This document shows, one piece after another, positions 8,889 through 18,172 of a stretch of DNA of 42,447 bases. Each line of letters starts with the position of its first letter. The first letter of the stretch is position 1. Below the pieces are notes generated by a model. That model saw nothing but the letters and a program-made list of their open reading frames with translations, had not been told where the DNA came from and did no database searches. The position numbers were made by a program, and so were the translations under genes. The stretch is taken from contig JBHLQM010000025.1 of the NCBI GenBank assembly GCA_048884785.1, forward strand, positions 1-42,447. The letters run 5' to 3'. The DNA comes from Candidatus Thorarchaeota archaeon (GTDB lineage: Archaea; Asgardarchaeota; Thorarchaeia; Thorarchaeales; Thorarchaeaceae).

Positions 8889-9470
8889 GTGATTGTCGAC
8901 TATGGAAATAGGACTGTTGGACTAAAAATCGTCTTTTTCGGACCTGCAATGAGTGGAAAAACCACATCAATCAGATGGTTGTTCAGAAGCTTGGACTGCG
9001 CTGACAGACTTACATCTATTGAAAATACCGTGGGCCGTACAATGTTCTGTGATTTTGGAACCATCCCATTCTCTCTGGGAGATAGTTGGACCATCAATGC
9101 ACACGTTTGGTCTGCTACCGGACAAGATTTCTACCGCTCCACTAGAGAGGTAGTTCTTGTAGGTGCAGATGGTATCGTATTCGTTGCAGACTCACAAGTA
9201 CACCTCTTAGACGAAAATCTGGCTAGCTGGAACGAACTTATGTCACTTTTGTCGGAAGAAGAGCGTCCGTTGCCAATCGTTGTCTGCTTGAATAAGCAGG
9301 ACCTTCCAAACGCAATAGATGAGGAGCGATTAAGGAGCTATCTCAGACTTCCTGCATCAATACCTGTTTTGAGAAGTGTTGCTATGAATGGATTGAATAT
9401 ACTTGAAGCATTTGAGATTCTATTTCATGATGCTATGCGAGCAGGTGCAATGATGCAACCATTACACTGA
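8889..9470 (+). CDS. mglA: MglA-family small GTPase
   Basis: KIVFFGPAMSGKTT, RTMFCDF (intrinsic Arg finger), Asp-less G3 SATGQ, GADGIVFVADSQ, NKQDL; GTG 8889 after SD GGAGGA. Confidence 0.85.
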   Translation: MIVDYGNRTVGLKIVFFGPAMSGKTTSIRWLFRSLDCADRLTSIENTVGRTMFCDFGTIPFSLGDSWTINAHVWSATGQDFYRSTREVVLVGADGIVFVADSQVHLLDENLASWNELMSLLSEEERPLPIVVCLNKQDLPNAIDEERLRSYLRLPASIPVLRSVAMNGLNILEAFEILFHDAMRAGAMMQPLH

Positions 9471-9584
9471 ATGGTCCTTTGCTTTAGCGATTACTAGCGA
9501 TTACTTTATACGAAGCCAAAAAAACCTCCTAGATGACTTGTTATTTGAAAGCAAGTTTCCAGACCATGGTATGAGGCAGTAGTA

Positions 9585-11261
9585 TTGGAGCAAAATGGAA
9601 CAAGTACCAAATTCATATTTGTTACTGGTGGTGTTCTGTCAGGCATTGGTAAGGGTGTAACAACAGCATCAATTGCCAAGCTCCTACAGTTTAGAGGGTA
9701 TCGGGTCAAAATAATGAAGATTGATCCATACCTGAATATTGACCCTGGTACTATGAATCCAGTAGAACATGGAGAGGTATTTGTTACAGATCAGACTTGG
9801 GTCTTCAAACCAGCTACTGACTTTGAATTTGTGATATCTGAAATAGATCTTGATTTTGGGACCTATGAAAGATTCACTGGTATAGAATCGCATCCCTCTG
9901 ATAATATCACATCGGGCCAAATCTATCTCTCCGTGATTTTGGGCGAACGAAAGGGAAGCTATCTTGGAAGAACTGTACAAATCATCCCACACGTAACAGA
10001 CTACATCAAGGAGAGAATATGGGCGGTAGCCTCTAGAAGCCCAATACCCGATGTGGTCCTAGTCGAGATTGGCGGTACAGCTGGCGACATAGAAGCCATG
10101 CCTTTCCTAGAGGCAGTCCGTCAACTTGCTCGTGAGATTGGAAGAAACAGAGTTGCCTTTGTTCATGTAACACTTGTACCATACATGACCTCAGTGGGTG
10201 AATTCAAGACAAAGCCAACACAGCATAGTGTGAGAACTCTCCAAGGACTGGGCTTACAACCTGATATTATCATATGTAGAGCAGAAAAGAAACTGGAAGA
10301 ACAAGCAAAAAGGAAGATTGCTTTATTCTGCAATATTCCTGAGGAGAGTGTCATATCTAATCCGGATATTAGTATCGTCTACCAATTACCGCTTTCATTC
10401 GAAGAACAGGGGCTTGGAAATACGATTATTAGTCAACTTGAGCTTGAACAACGGATTCCAGATACGGCAACCTGGAAAAAAATGGTGGAGTCATATCAAG
10501 GCACAACCAAGTCCGTACGGATTGCCATGCCTGGCAAGTATACTACTCTAAGTGACTCCTACAAGAGCATAAACGAAGCACTAAATCACGCAGCAGCAAT
10601 GTGCGAAGCACGAGTAGAAATAAAATGGATTGAAACAGAAGAAAGATGCAGCCTTGATTGCATTCATCAGGATCTTGAGGAAGTCGATGGAATTTTACTT
10701 ACGCCAGGTTTTGGAGAGCGTGGCGTTGAGGGGATGATAAATGCCGCAATAGTCAGTCTGGACTCCAAAATCCCCTTCCTTGGAATATGCTATGGCGCTC
10801 AACTTGGTACTGTTGCTTTTGCTAGGCATGTGATGGGTTGGAATGGCGCTCATACAACTGAGGTTGACAGCAACAGTCTGTACCCAGTTGTAGACCTAAT
10901 GGATGAACAAAAGAATTTGGAAGCAAAAGGCGGTACAATGCGATTAGGCGGTCATGAAGTGAGAATCAAAGAAGGGACGAAGCTTCGCGGATTGTATAAT
11001 TCTACTGAAGCTAGAGAACGTTTCAGGCATCGTTTCCATTTGATTCAACGATATGTTGGTAGAATGAAGGAGAAAGGAATGATTGTATCCGCATATGACC
11101 TCACTGGGAAAATCATCAATGCACTTGAGCTAACTAATCATCCATTCTGGATAGGCGTGCAATATCATCCCGAATTCAAATCCCTGCCCGGAAAACCACA
11201 TCCTCTTTATCTTGGGTTAATAAGGGCGGCTCTAGAACATAATTCCAAGAGGCGAAAATAG
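9585..11261 (+). CDS. pyrG: CTP synthase
   Basis: KFIFVTGGVLSGIGKG, KTKPTQHSV, GICYG, QYHPEF. Confidence 0.98.
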   Translation: MEQNGTSTKFIFVTGGVLSGIGKGVTTASIAKLLQFRGYRVKIMKIDPYLNIDPGTMNPVEHGEVFVTDQTWVFKPATDFEFVISEIDLDFGTYERFTGIESHPSDNITSGQIYLSVILGERKGSYLGRTVQIIPHVTDYIKERIWAVASRSPIPDVVLVEIGGTAGDIEAMPFLEAVRQLAREIGRNRVAFVHVTLVPYMTSVGEFKTKPTQHSVRTLQGLGLQPDIIICRAEKKLEEQAKRKIALFCNIPEESVISNPDISIVYQLPLSFEEQGLGNTIISQLELEQRIPDTATWKKMVESYQGTTKSVRIAMPGKYTTLSDSYKSINEALNHAAAMCEARVEIKWIETEERCSLDCIHQDLEEVDGILLTPGFGERGVEGMINAAIVSLDSKIPFLGICYGAQLGTVAFARHVMGWNGAHTTEVDSNSLYPVVDLMDEQKNLEAKGGTMRLGGHEVRIKEGTKLRGLYNSTEARERFRHRFHLIQRYVGRMKEKGMIVSAYDLTGKIINALELTNHPFWIGVQYHPEFKSLPGKPHPLYLGLIRAALEHNSKRRK

Positions 11262-12424
11262 TGGATAAGAATCTCGATAAAATGCTATCACTTCTAGTCG
11301 AAGAGATAGAACGAGTCGAGGATACAAGAGCTCACTTTGGTAACGTGATGAATGAAATTAAGAGCTCACTAGATTTAGCCAGATTCCCTGCTCTGGTTGG
11401 TGAAGCTGTTGAATCACAATTCATAACCAAAATACAGCCTGCTAAACTAGCAGGTTTAAGCATTGCCGGAGTTGACGGTGGCCTTATGCGAAAACGCTTT
11501 CGATCAATGGATTTGCTATTGACTCGCGGTGTCGCAGTGATCTTTCAATTTACGGGTGATGAAGGCCCTAGAGTTGAATTCTTTCCTGATCCCTTTCCAG
11601 AACCAAATGCGAAATTAATCATGCTCTCCATGTCAAGCCCAGAATTAGACCAATTATCCTCTTTGGAACGCATAGCAACAGAACTTAGAGTGACCATATC
11701 CGCATTAGATGAGTTCCATGCCGATATCGTTCTTCTAGATGGGAGTCTTTTCTATCACCCTCGAGACCGCCCACAAACTGGATCTGTCGCAGAAGAGAAG
11801 TTCCAAGAAGTGGTGGCTCTATATAGACAACTCTACAACAAAGTAGCAAAGAAAAAGACAACATTGGTGGGAATTGTGAAAGATAGCCGGTCTACCAGAA
11901 TTGTCAGCACACTTGGTGATATCTTGCCGCATATCCTGAGGAATCCAGCAATATACGAGAAAATGCAGGGTGTTGATTATCGATGGCTTCTAAAAATATC
12001 TCGGGACGGTGACTTATTAGATACCTTTCTCGAGGAAGGTGAGAGAACCTTCGCATTTAGATACTCAGGCGAGTTACCTCAAAATTCTAACCTAATTCAC
12101 AATGACCTTTTGACTTGGGCTTCTTCTATTTGGGTGACTTACCTTAAAACCGCACAAAATGACATTCCGCTTCGGGTAGAGGTCATGGTGAAATCTGATG
12201 GCGCAGAAGGAATTCAGCAGCTGAACCGTACTCTGTCAGCCATACTTCCACTATCATATCAGCACCCAGAGTTCGGTCTACCCACTCCCATATTAGAGGC
12301 TGATGCTAGAGCGCGAATTACCAATAATGAAGTCCGATTAATAGTAGACCGACTAATGGCTCTCTCAGGCCTGACCTATTCGACACTAGAAAAACGAAGG
12401 TCTAGAAACCCCTTTGGAGGGTAG
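11261..12424 (+). CDS. nurA: NurA 5'-3' nuclease
   Basis: GVDGG, LLDGSL, GIVKDS, G.P.P..EAD..A; directly upstream of herA. Confidence 0.88.
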   Translation: MDKNLDKMLSLLVEEIERVEDTRAHFGNVMNEIKSSLDLARFPALVGEAVESQFITKIQPAKLAGLSIAGVDGGLMRKRFRSMDLLLTRGVAVIFQFTGDEGPRVEFFPDPFPEPNAKLIMLSMSSPELDQLSSLERIATELRVTISALDEFHADIVLLDGSLFYHPRDRPQTGSVAEEKFQEVVALYRQLYNKVAKKKTTLVGIVKDSRSTRIVSTLGDILPHILRNPAIYEKMQGVDYRWLLKISRDGDLLDTFLEEGERTFAFRYSGELPQNSNLIHNDLLTWASSIWVTYLKTAQNDIPLRVEVMVKSDGAEGIQQLNRTLSAILPLSYQHPEFGLPTPILEADARARITNNEVRLIVDRLMALSGLTYSTLEKRRSRNPFGG

Positions 12425-12428
12425 AAAT

Positions 12429-13946
12429 TTGTCAGCGAATCAATCTAGATCCCGACTTGGAACAGTTGTTTGTACAAATGAAGGGCCAAATGTATCCGAG
12501 TTTTCATTTGTATTAGAGGGCGGAGCAAATGAAACATCAGTTCGTCGAGGCGAATTCGTAACGGTTGAAACGGACTTCGGAACTGTTGTGGCCAGAGTGC
12601 AAGATCTCATTCGGACAAATAGATATTTTCAACATGCAGAAGCAGTCCGCGAATACCAATCCCGTGGAGAGCCGCTTAGGTCCATATTTCCTACTGACAG
12701 ATGGCAATATACAGTCGGACAGACTAAAGTTGTAGGATTTTGGATTAATGATCGAACGGTCAGACCATATACGTCTGTTTCACCTGGTGCCGTTGTGAGA
12801 AGAGCTGACGAAGATCTCTTGTCAAGATTTCTTAGGTTGGACACCGAGGCTGGTCTGAATCTTGGTACAGTAGCTCATCATGAACTTGAGTTTCGCCCTT
12901 CTGTTGATCGACTATTGTCAAAGCATTTGGCTATCCTAGCAATGTCGGGAGCAGGGAAGAGCTACTTTGTGTCCGTTATGCTAGAGGAGTTGATGGCAAG
13001 AACAAAGAGTCAAGGACGCCTAAGTGTTGTTGTTGTTGATGTCCATGGTGAGTATACATACTTGAAAGACCTCAAACCACAAAATCTTGGTCTGCCAGAT
13101 GGATCATTCGAAGTCGAACATATCCGAGGCTCATATATTCAGATACCCGTCCAATCTCTTACAGCTGATGCCTTGAGTTCCTTTGTGGCAGGAATGTCAG
13201 ATGTTCAAAAACGCGACTTAAGACGGGCAATCTCCGACATCGGCGATCGTTTCGAGAACGGATACACACTCTCCGATTTGATTACATTAGTAAAGGATGA
13301 TGAAACTATTAGCAAAAACACTAGAGAAGCATTGGTTGGATGGCTTATTAACCTTGAAGACACAGGGCTATTTGGGAAGGAGGGAGTTCCAGAGTTAAGA
13401 AACATAATTCGACCTGGAAAAATAACACTGATTGATTTGAGTGATTTTGTCAGTCTCAAGAAAAAGCAAATAATAGTATCGCACTTAGCAAGTGAGCTAC
13501 TTTACCATAGACGTCAAGGGAATATCCCGCCGTTTCTACTAGTTCTTGAAGAGTCTCATCAGTTCTGTCCAGAGAGTCGGCATGAATTAGCCCTACCAAA
13601 GACACAGATAGAAACTATAGCAAGAGAAGGACGAAAATTCCATGCATTGCTATGCCTCATAACGCAAAGACCAGTCAAACTATCTACAACTGTTCTTAGC
13701 CAATGTAGCAATCAAGCTATTCTTAGATGCACCAATCCATACGATTTGGATCACATAGGACGGTCTAGCGAAGGCATAGATCGTTCGTCGCTTGATGCAA
13801 TCACAACTCTTGAAGTCGGTGAGGCCCTTTTTGTGGGTGAAACTGTATCAGTTCCTACATTCGTCAAGATTCGTAGAAGACGAATTGAGCCCGAATCACA
13901 AACAGGAAACCTCTCTGAGGCTCTAAAGAAGGCTGATAAAAAGTAG
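12429..13946 (+). CDS. herA: HerA DNA translocase/helicase
   Basis: N-terminal HAS barrel, HLAILAMSGAGKS, DVHGEY, LEESHQF, IAREGRKF, TQRP; TTG 12429 after SD GGAGG. Confidence 0.92.
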   Translation: MSANQSRSRLGTVVCTNEGPNVSEFSFVLEGGANETSVRRGEFVTVETDFGTVVARVQDLIRTNRYFQHAEAVREYQSRGEPLRSIFPTDRWQYTVGQTKVVGFWINDRTVRPYTSVSPGAVVRRADEDLLSRFLRLDTEAGLNLGTVAHHELEFRPSVDRLLSKHLAILAMSGAGKSYFVSVMLEELMARTKSQGRLSVVVVDVHGEYTYLKDLKPQNLGLPDGSFEVEHIRGSYIQIPVQSLTADALSSFVAGMSDVQKRDLRRAISDIGDRFENGYTLSDLITLVKDDETISKNTREALVGWLINLEDTGLFGKEGVPELRNIIRPGKITLIDLSDFVSLKKKQIIVSHLASELLYHRRQGNIPPFLLVLEESHQFCPESRHELALPKTQIETIAREGRKFHALLCLITQRPVKLSTTVLSQCSNQAILRCTNPYDLDHIGRSSEGIDRSSLDAITTLEVGEALFVGETVSVPTFVKIRRRRIEPESQTGNLSEALKKADKK

Positions 13947-14001
13947 AGCGAAGGGATATTCGCAAACCATAATCTGATAAGTCAAAATACTGGGTTCTTT
14001 A

Positions 14002-14607
14002 ATGGGGGCTAATAGGCCTTTGTCCGAAACAGGTAAAGATGTCGATGAAATCCACCAAATCATTGACAGTATGCAAGCACGATTGGTTGAACTATTTGAT
14101 CAGCTTAGGGCACTAAGAGTTCGGCTTGATCAACGTGTATTGCCTGAAGACGATGGCACAATACTCCCCCTTTTCTCAAAGATTGAAGAACCTACAAAGC
14201 TTGTTGATGCGGCAGCATCCATCCAAACACCCTCCCCTAAAAAACGGACCAAGACTGCTGAAACCAAATCTGGTGAAGACACCACCGAACTTCCAGTAGA
14301 TGAATCAGATGCCACTTCAGCAGAACCCGAACAAGTAATTGCGCCAGATGCAAAGGTTTCCCGCCTATTGGATCCCATCACACACGAGCTAAAAACAGGA
14401 GACTCGCCAGCAGAGGTTATAGCTGAGTATGTCCAGTCTGCTAAAGATGAACTAATAACCGAAAAGAAACCAAATGACAAAGTTGCAAGAGATATGGATA
14501 TTGTCCTGAAATTTCTACGAGCAAGAGGCAGACGAGGGATCCGTCCTGAAGAACGTGATAACATTCTTCGTCGAATAAAGCGATGGCAAGCTCATCTGGG
14601 CAAATGA
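14002..14607 (+). CDS. Hypothetical protein (coiled coil - disordered linker - helical C-terminal domain)
   Basis: 201-aa ORF filling the gap between herA and the ArsR gene; heptad N-terminus, P/E/T/S-rich middle. Confidence 0.7.
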   Translation: MGANRPLSETGKDVDEIHQIIDSMQARLVELFDQLRALRVRLDQRVLPEDDGTILPLFSKIEEPTKLVDAAASIQTPSPKKRTKTAETKSGEDTTELPVDESDATSAEPEQVIAPDAKVSRLLDPITHELKTGDSPAEVIAEYVQSAKDELITEKKPNDKVARDMDIVLKFLRARGRRGIRPEERDNILRRIKRWQAHLGK

Positions 14608-14610
14608 GCT

Positions 14611-14647
14611 CAAAAACAGAAGGAAAGGTGAGCTAATTCTAGCTCAC
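14611..14647 (-). terminator. Hairpin plus pyrimidine/U-rich tract between convergent genes
   Basis: Perfect 8-bp inverted repeat GTGAGCTA-ATTC-TAGCTCAC (14628-14647), followed on the minus strand by CTTTCCTTCTGTTTTT. Confidence 0.55.
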
Positions 14648-14648
14648 A

Positions 14649-14927
14649 CTAAAGATCAATAATTATTCGCTTGACTTTCGTCTTTGATATCTTCTTCAGA
14701 CCATGCTGACCAGGTTCATACCTGCATTCAAGTAGCCCAGCTTCATAGAGTATCTTAATCTGCGCGCTGGCATTTGCCTCTGTCCCTCCAAGATGGGTTG
14801 CTACTCGTGTAACATCCTTTTCACCTTCAAGAAGGAGCTTGAGAATCGTTAAGCGAGTGCCTGAAGAGAGGGCACGTCCAATTCGAAGAATTTCATTGTC
14901 GTTGCTAACTTCTAATGTTTCTGACAA
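14649..14927 (-). CDS. ArsR-family winged-helix transcriptional regulator
   Basis: ALSS.TRL.IL.LL...A..S.QIK.L..AGL; TTG 14927 after SD GAGGTG. Confidence 0.85.
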   Translation of the reverse strand: MSETLEVSNDNEILRIGRALSSGTRLTILKLLLEGEKDVTRVATHLGGTEANASAQIKILYEAGLLECRYEPGQHGLKKISKTKVKRIIIDL

Positions 14928-15077
14928 GGTCACACCTCGCATCAAGTTGCCGTTTCGTTCAATTACGGTTTATTATACTTGTTGTTTGGTATTTTTATTC
15001 TGTGAGAACTCAAAGAGCCTTAGTCTTATGTTAATGCTTATAGCAAAAGTTGAGAATTCCTGCAAGAGAATAGAGTC

Positions 15078-17096
15078 ATGAGCAATGAGAAAGAGTTCAT
15101 AATGGGATTCGACATCTTGCCATCGCAAAGCTCACGAGCAAGGGCCGCCCCGAAATTTGCTTGCGTGATTTATGGAAATGGTACTGTACTAAATGAATAC
15201 CCCGAGGTGTCTCGAGGAGCTCTTCTCAATCTAGTAAGGGAGATAGAACCCAAATGGCTCTGTACAGATAATATCTTCGAGATCATTCCAGATAGTAAAT
15301 CACTATTTCGCTTGGCAGAAAGAATTCCCATAACCACACGTATTGTACAGGTCACAGGGGTTCCTCCAAAACAAATCCCCCTGAAGACTCTTGCAAAGCG
15401 TCATAACTTGGGGTTTCGAGGGAAAGCATCCCCTCTTGAATCAGCTCGTCTTGCAGCTCAACTAGCTGCACTGGGAGTTGGTTACAGTGTCGAATGTTTC
15501 AGCGAACAGACAGAAATCAAAGTGACTCGTGCTAGAAAGATGGGACGAGGCGGACAAAGTGTCAATAGATATCGTCGCAAACTTCATTCAGAAATCCAAC
15601 AAATGACTCGTCATATAGAAGGGGAACTCAAAACAGCAAAAATCGAGTATGAACTCGATGTCAGAACATCGGATTTTGGCTATGCAAGTGCCAGAATTGT
15701 AGCATATGCGCCTCTTCCTGTCATTCAAGGAATCATTGAAAGGAAGAAGGGTGGGGATTTCAATGTCCTCGTCACACCGGTACGAAAAAGAACAGAATTT
15801 GTTCCGCTTGAACCAAGGTCAATTTCGTCTCAAATTGTACCAAGGTATTTTATTCTCGGAATCGATCCAGGTACTACTGCTGCCGTTTGTTTGCTTACAC
15901 TGAATGGTAGTGTTCATAGACTCATAAGCAGGAAAGGACTGACACGGGCCGATATAATCAGGACAGTCTACGAACATGGAATTCCCGTGTTAGTTGCATC
16001 AGATGTTCCACAGACCCCTAATTTTATTGAAAAACTAGCACGGTCAATTAATGCTGAGGTGTTTACACCAGAACGACCAATATCTGTAGCCGATAAACAA
16101 GAGCTCGCTCGCGAATATTCTGAGCATATACGAATTAGGAATGCTCACGAACGAGATGCTCTGACAGCCGCAGTCTATGCATATAGAAGTCTTCAACCTA
16201 AACTAGAACAGATTGACAAGAAAATTCATGCAGAACAACTAACACTGAATCGCAACTATGTGAAGGCCCAAGTAATCAAGGGGAAACCAATAGCTGAAGC
16301 CATAGCAGAGAGTGTTCATCTGGACTCTGAAGTGATTGAACAAATCCCTGAGCACATCAAAGAGGAAGAACCCTTGACTCAGGAACGATTTGACAATCTT
16401 AGAAAGAAGTACTCTGATTTGCAGGAAGAATATGAAACCCTATCTGAACAGATGGAAGATATGCAAAGACTAGTTGAATATTTGCAATTCAGAGAAGATG
16501 AGTTGTCTTATAGCCTTGAGATTATGAATCGAGAAAACTATTGGCGCGTGAAGCGAGACAGAGAAGTCACAAAGAAGACCGCTGAAATAAATACAATCAA
16601 TCAAATCAATAAGAAACTAGAAGAAAGAGTCCAGCAGCTTGAAAAGAGATTGGAACTCCTAGTAGGCGTAAAACGGTTGGAGATGCGAGGAGATACGCTC
16701 GCAATTAAGACAATTCCTCGATTTACAAGAGAGAGTATAGATGAATATTGTCGTAAAGTAGGATTGAAACCCGGAGATATTGTGCTGTTCGAAGATGCAT
16801 CAGGTGCTGGCCCTCAAACCGCCAATCTGCTAATTGAACGTGAAATCAGAGCGGTAATTGTTGACACTCCACTCTCACACCTGTCTCAAGAGGCACTTGT
16901 TGCAGCGGTTATTCCGGTCATTGACGCGGAATCTGTAGAGCTCAAGCGGATAGATGAATTTGCCTTCATAAGCCGAAAGAAATTCGAGAAGCAATTCGAG
17001 GCTTTTATCTCAGAAGCTAGGGAAAAGGCGCGACAAAGAAGCGAAGACCATCTTGTCGAAATAGTTGAAGAATATAGAGCTGAAGGCAGGGACTAG
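15078..17096 (+). CDS. DUF460 (COG2433) protein with RNase H-like domains and long coiled coil
   Basis: MGFDI, TDNIFE, GRGGQS.NRYRR, ILGIDPGTT, N.HERDAL.AA, coiled coil around aa 435-530. Confidence 0.87.
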   Translation: MSNEKEFIMGFDILPSQSSRARAAPKFACVIYGNGTVLNEYPEVSRGALLNLVREIEPKWLCTDNIFEIIPDSKSLFRLAERIPITTRIVQVTGVPPKQIPLKTLAKRHNLGFRGKASPLESARLAAQLAALGVGYSVECFSEQTEIKVTRARKMGRGGQSVNRYRRKLHSEIQQMTRHIEGELKTAKIEYELDVRTSDFGYASARIVAYAPLPVIQGIIERKKGGDFNVLVTPVRKRTEFVPLEPRSISSQIVPRYFILGIDPGTTAAVCLLTLNGSVHRLISRKGLTRADIIRTVYEHGIPVLVASDVPQTPNFIEKLARSINAEVFTPERPISVADKQELAREYSEHIRIRNAHERDALTAAVYAYRSLQPKLEQIDKKIHAEQLTLNRNYVKAQVIKGKPIAEAIAESVHLDSEVIEQIPEHIKEEEPLTQERFDNLRKKYSDLQEEYETLSEQMEDMQRLVEYLQFREDELSYSLEIMNRENYWRVKRDREVTKKTAEINTINQINKKLEERVQQLEKRLELLVGVKRLEMRGDTLAIKTIPRFTRESIDEYCRKVGLKPGDIVLFEDASGAGPQTANLLIEREIRAVIVDTPLSHLSQEALVAAVIPVIDAESVELKRIDEFAFISRKKFEKQFEAFISEAREKARQRSEDHLVEIVEEYRAEGRD

Positions 17097-17172
17097 CAAA
17101 GACTCCGAATTTCATCGCCCATTGGATACCCTTATATTAGCATAAGTTGGACTCGAGATTGAGGTTAATGAA

Positions 17173-17340
17173 ATGCCTGGCTCACACGGTTCACTCACAA
17201 AGGCTGGAAAAGTCCGAGAGTCCACTCCAAAGGTCAAAGGTCGTGAGCGACACACTCCAATCCCTCGTATACGCAATAAGAGGAACTATACCAAGAGATT
17301 CGTACAAGGTAAAGTGGTTGGAGTAACTCGTCAAGGATAG
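17173..17340 (+). CDS. rps30e: Ribosomal protein S30e (55 aa, absent from ORF track)
   Basis: Translates MPGSHGSLTKAGKVRESTPKVKGRERHTPIPRIRNKRNYTKRFVQGKVVGVTRQG; SD GAGGT, TATA-like TTATAT at 17132. Confidence 0.96.
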   Translation: MPGSHGSLTKAGKVRESTPKVKGRERHTPIPRIRNKRNYTKRFVQGKVVGVTRQG

Positions 17341-17348
17341 AATTACTA

Positions 17349-18170
17349 TCAATACACACTCTTCTGGCCAGTCGAGCTACGATAGGAATGGCCAAAATCA
17401 TTCATTTTTTCAAGCTGTTTTCCTGAAAACACTGGTCCATCAACACACACAAGTTCTCCATTCGGATCTATAGCACATGTTCCACAGATTCCACATCCAC
17501 ATTTCATATATCTTTCAAGTGACGCCTCAATTTCAATTTCATTCTCAATTGCCACTTGGTGAAGTTTTGCCATCATAATCTCAGGCCCGCATGTGTAAAT
17601 TTTATCGAACTTCCCATTTCTCACTAGTTTTCCAGCAATACCAGATGCATACCCTTTCTCTCCTCTTGAGCCATCATCTGTTGAAACTACAAGGGAAAAA
17701 TGGGAGTTTCCTATAGTATCGAAGTCATATAATATCAAATCGCTCTGAGTTCGTGCTCCAACCACCAGTGTGACATTTCTTCCCTCTCGAAGAAGAGTAT
17801 ACGCTAGCAACCTAAGGGGTGCTACTCCTATTCCACCACCTACCACTAATGCATCAGTACAATCACTTGAGAAGTGATTTCCAAACGGTCCCCTGATTCC
17901 TATCCAATCTTCTCGCTTCAGCTCTGCAAGACGATGGGTTGCTTCTCCAACTCGCTTGACTGTGACTCCAGCAGTTGGAGAATCCCAATATGAAACACTC
18001 ATTGGGACTTCATCAACACCAGGAATCCAGATCATCATGAACTCGCCAGGTAATAGGTCTCTATCCAAATCCGGAATTTCAAACTGAAGTGTCGTTGTAT
18101 TGGCGTTCTCGCTTATTTTGCTAATTATTTGACAAGAGGTTGGTCTTCCCATAAGTCGTTCAATATCCAA
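17349..18170 (-). CDS. pyrK: Dihydroorotate dehydrogenase electron transfer subunit
   Basis: PGEFMMIW, RGPFG, GGGIGVAP, CGPE.M, CGCGICGTC...VC.DGPVF. Confidence 0.93.
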   Translation of the reverse strand: MDIERLMGRPTSCQIISKISENANTTTLQFEIPDLDRDLLPGEFMMIWIPGVDEVPMSVSYWDSPTAGVTVKRVGEATHRLAELKREDWIGIRGPFGNHFSSDCTDALVVGGGIGVAPLRLLAYTLLREGRNVTLVVGARTQSDLILYDFDTIGNSHFSLVVSTDDGSRGEKGYASGIAGKLVRNGKFDKIYTCGPEIMMAKLHQVAIENEIEIEASLERYMKCGCGICGTCAIDPNGELVCVDGPVFSGKQLEKMNDFGHSYRSSTGQKSVY

Positions 18171-18172
18171 TT

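Noticed and set aside
11261-13946. HerA-based antiphage system
   Set aside because: The partner is NurA, HerA has a HAS barrel and the context is housekeeping; no Sir2 or other defence effector adjacent
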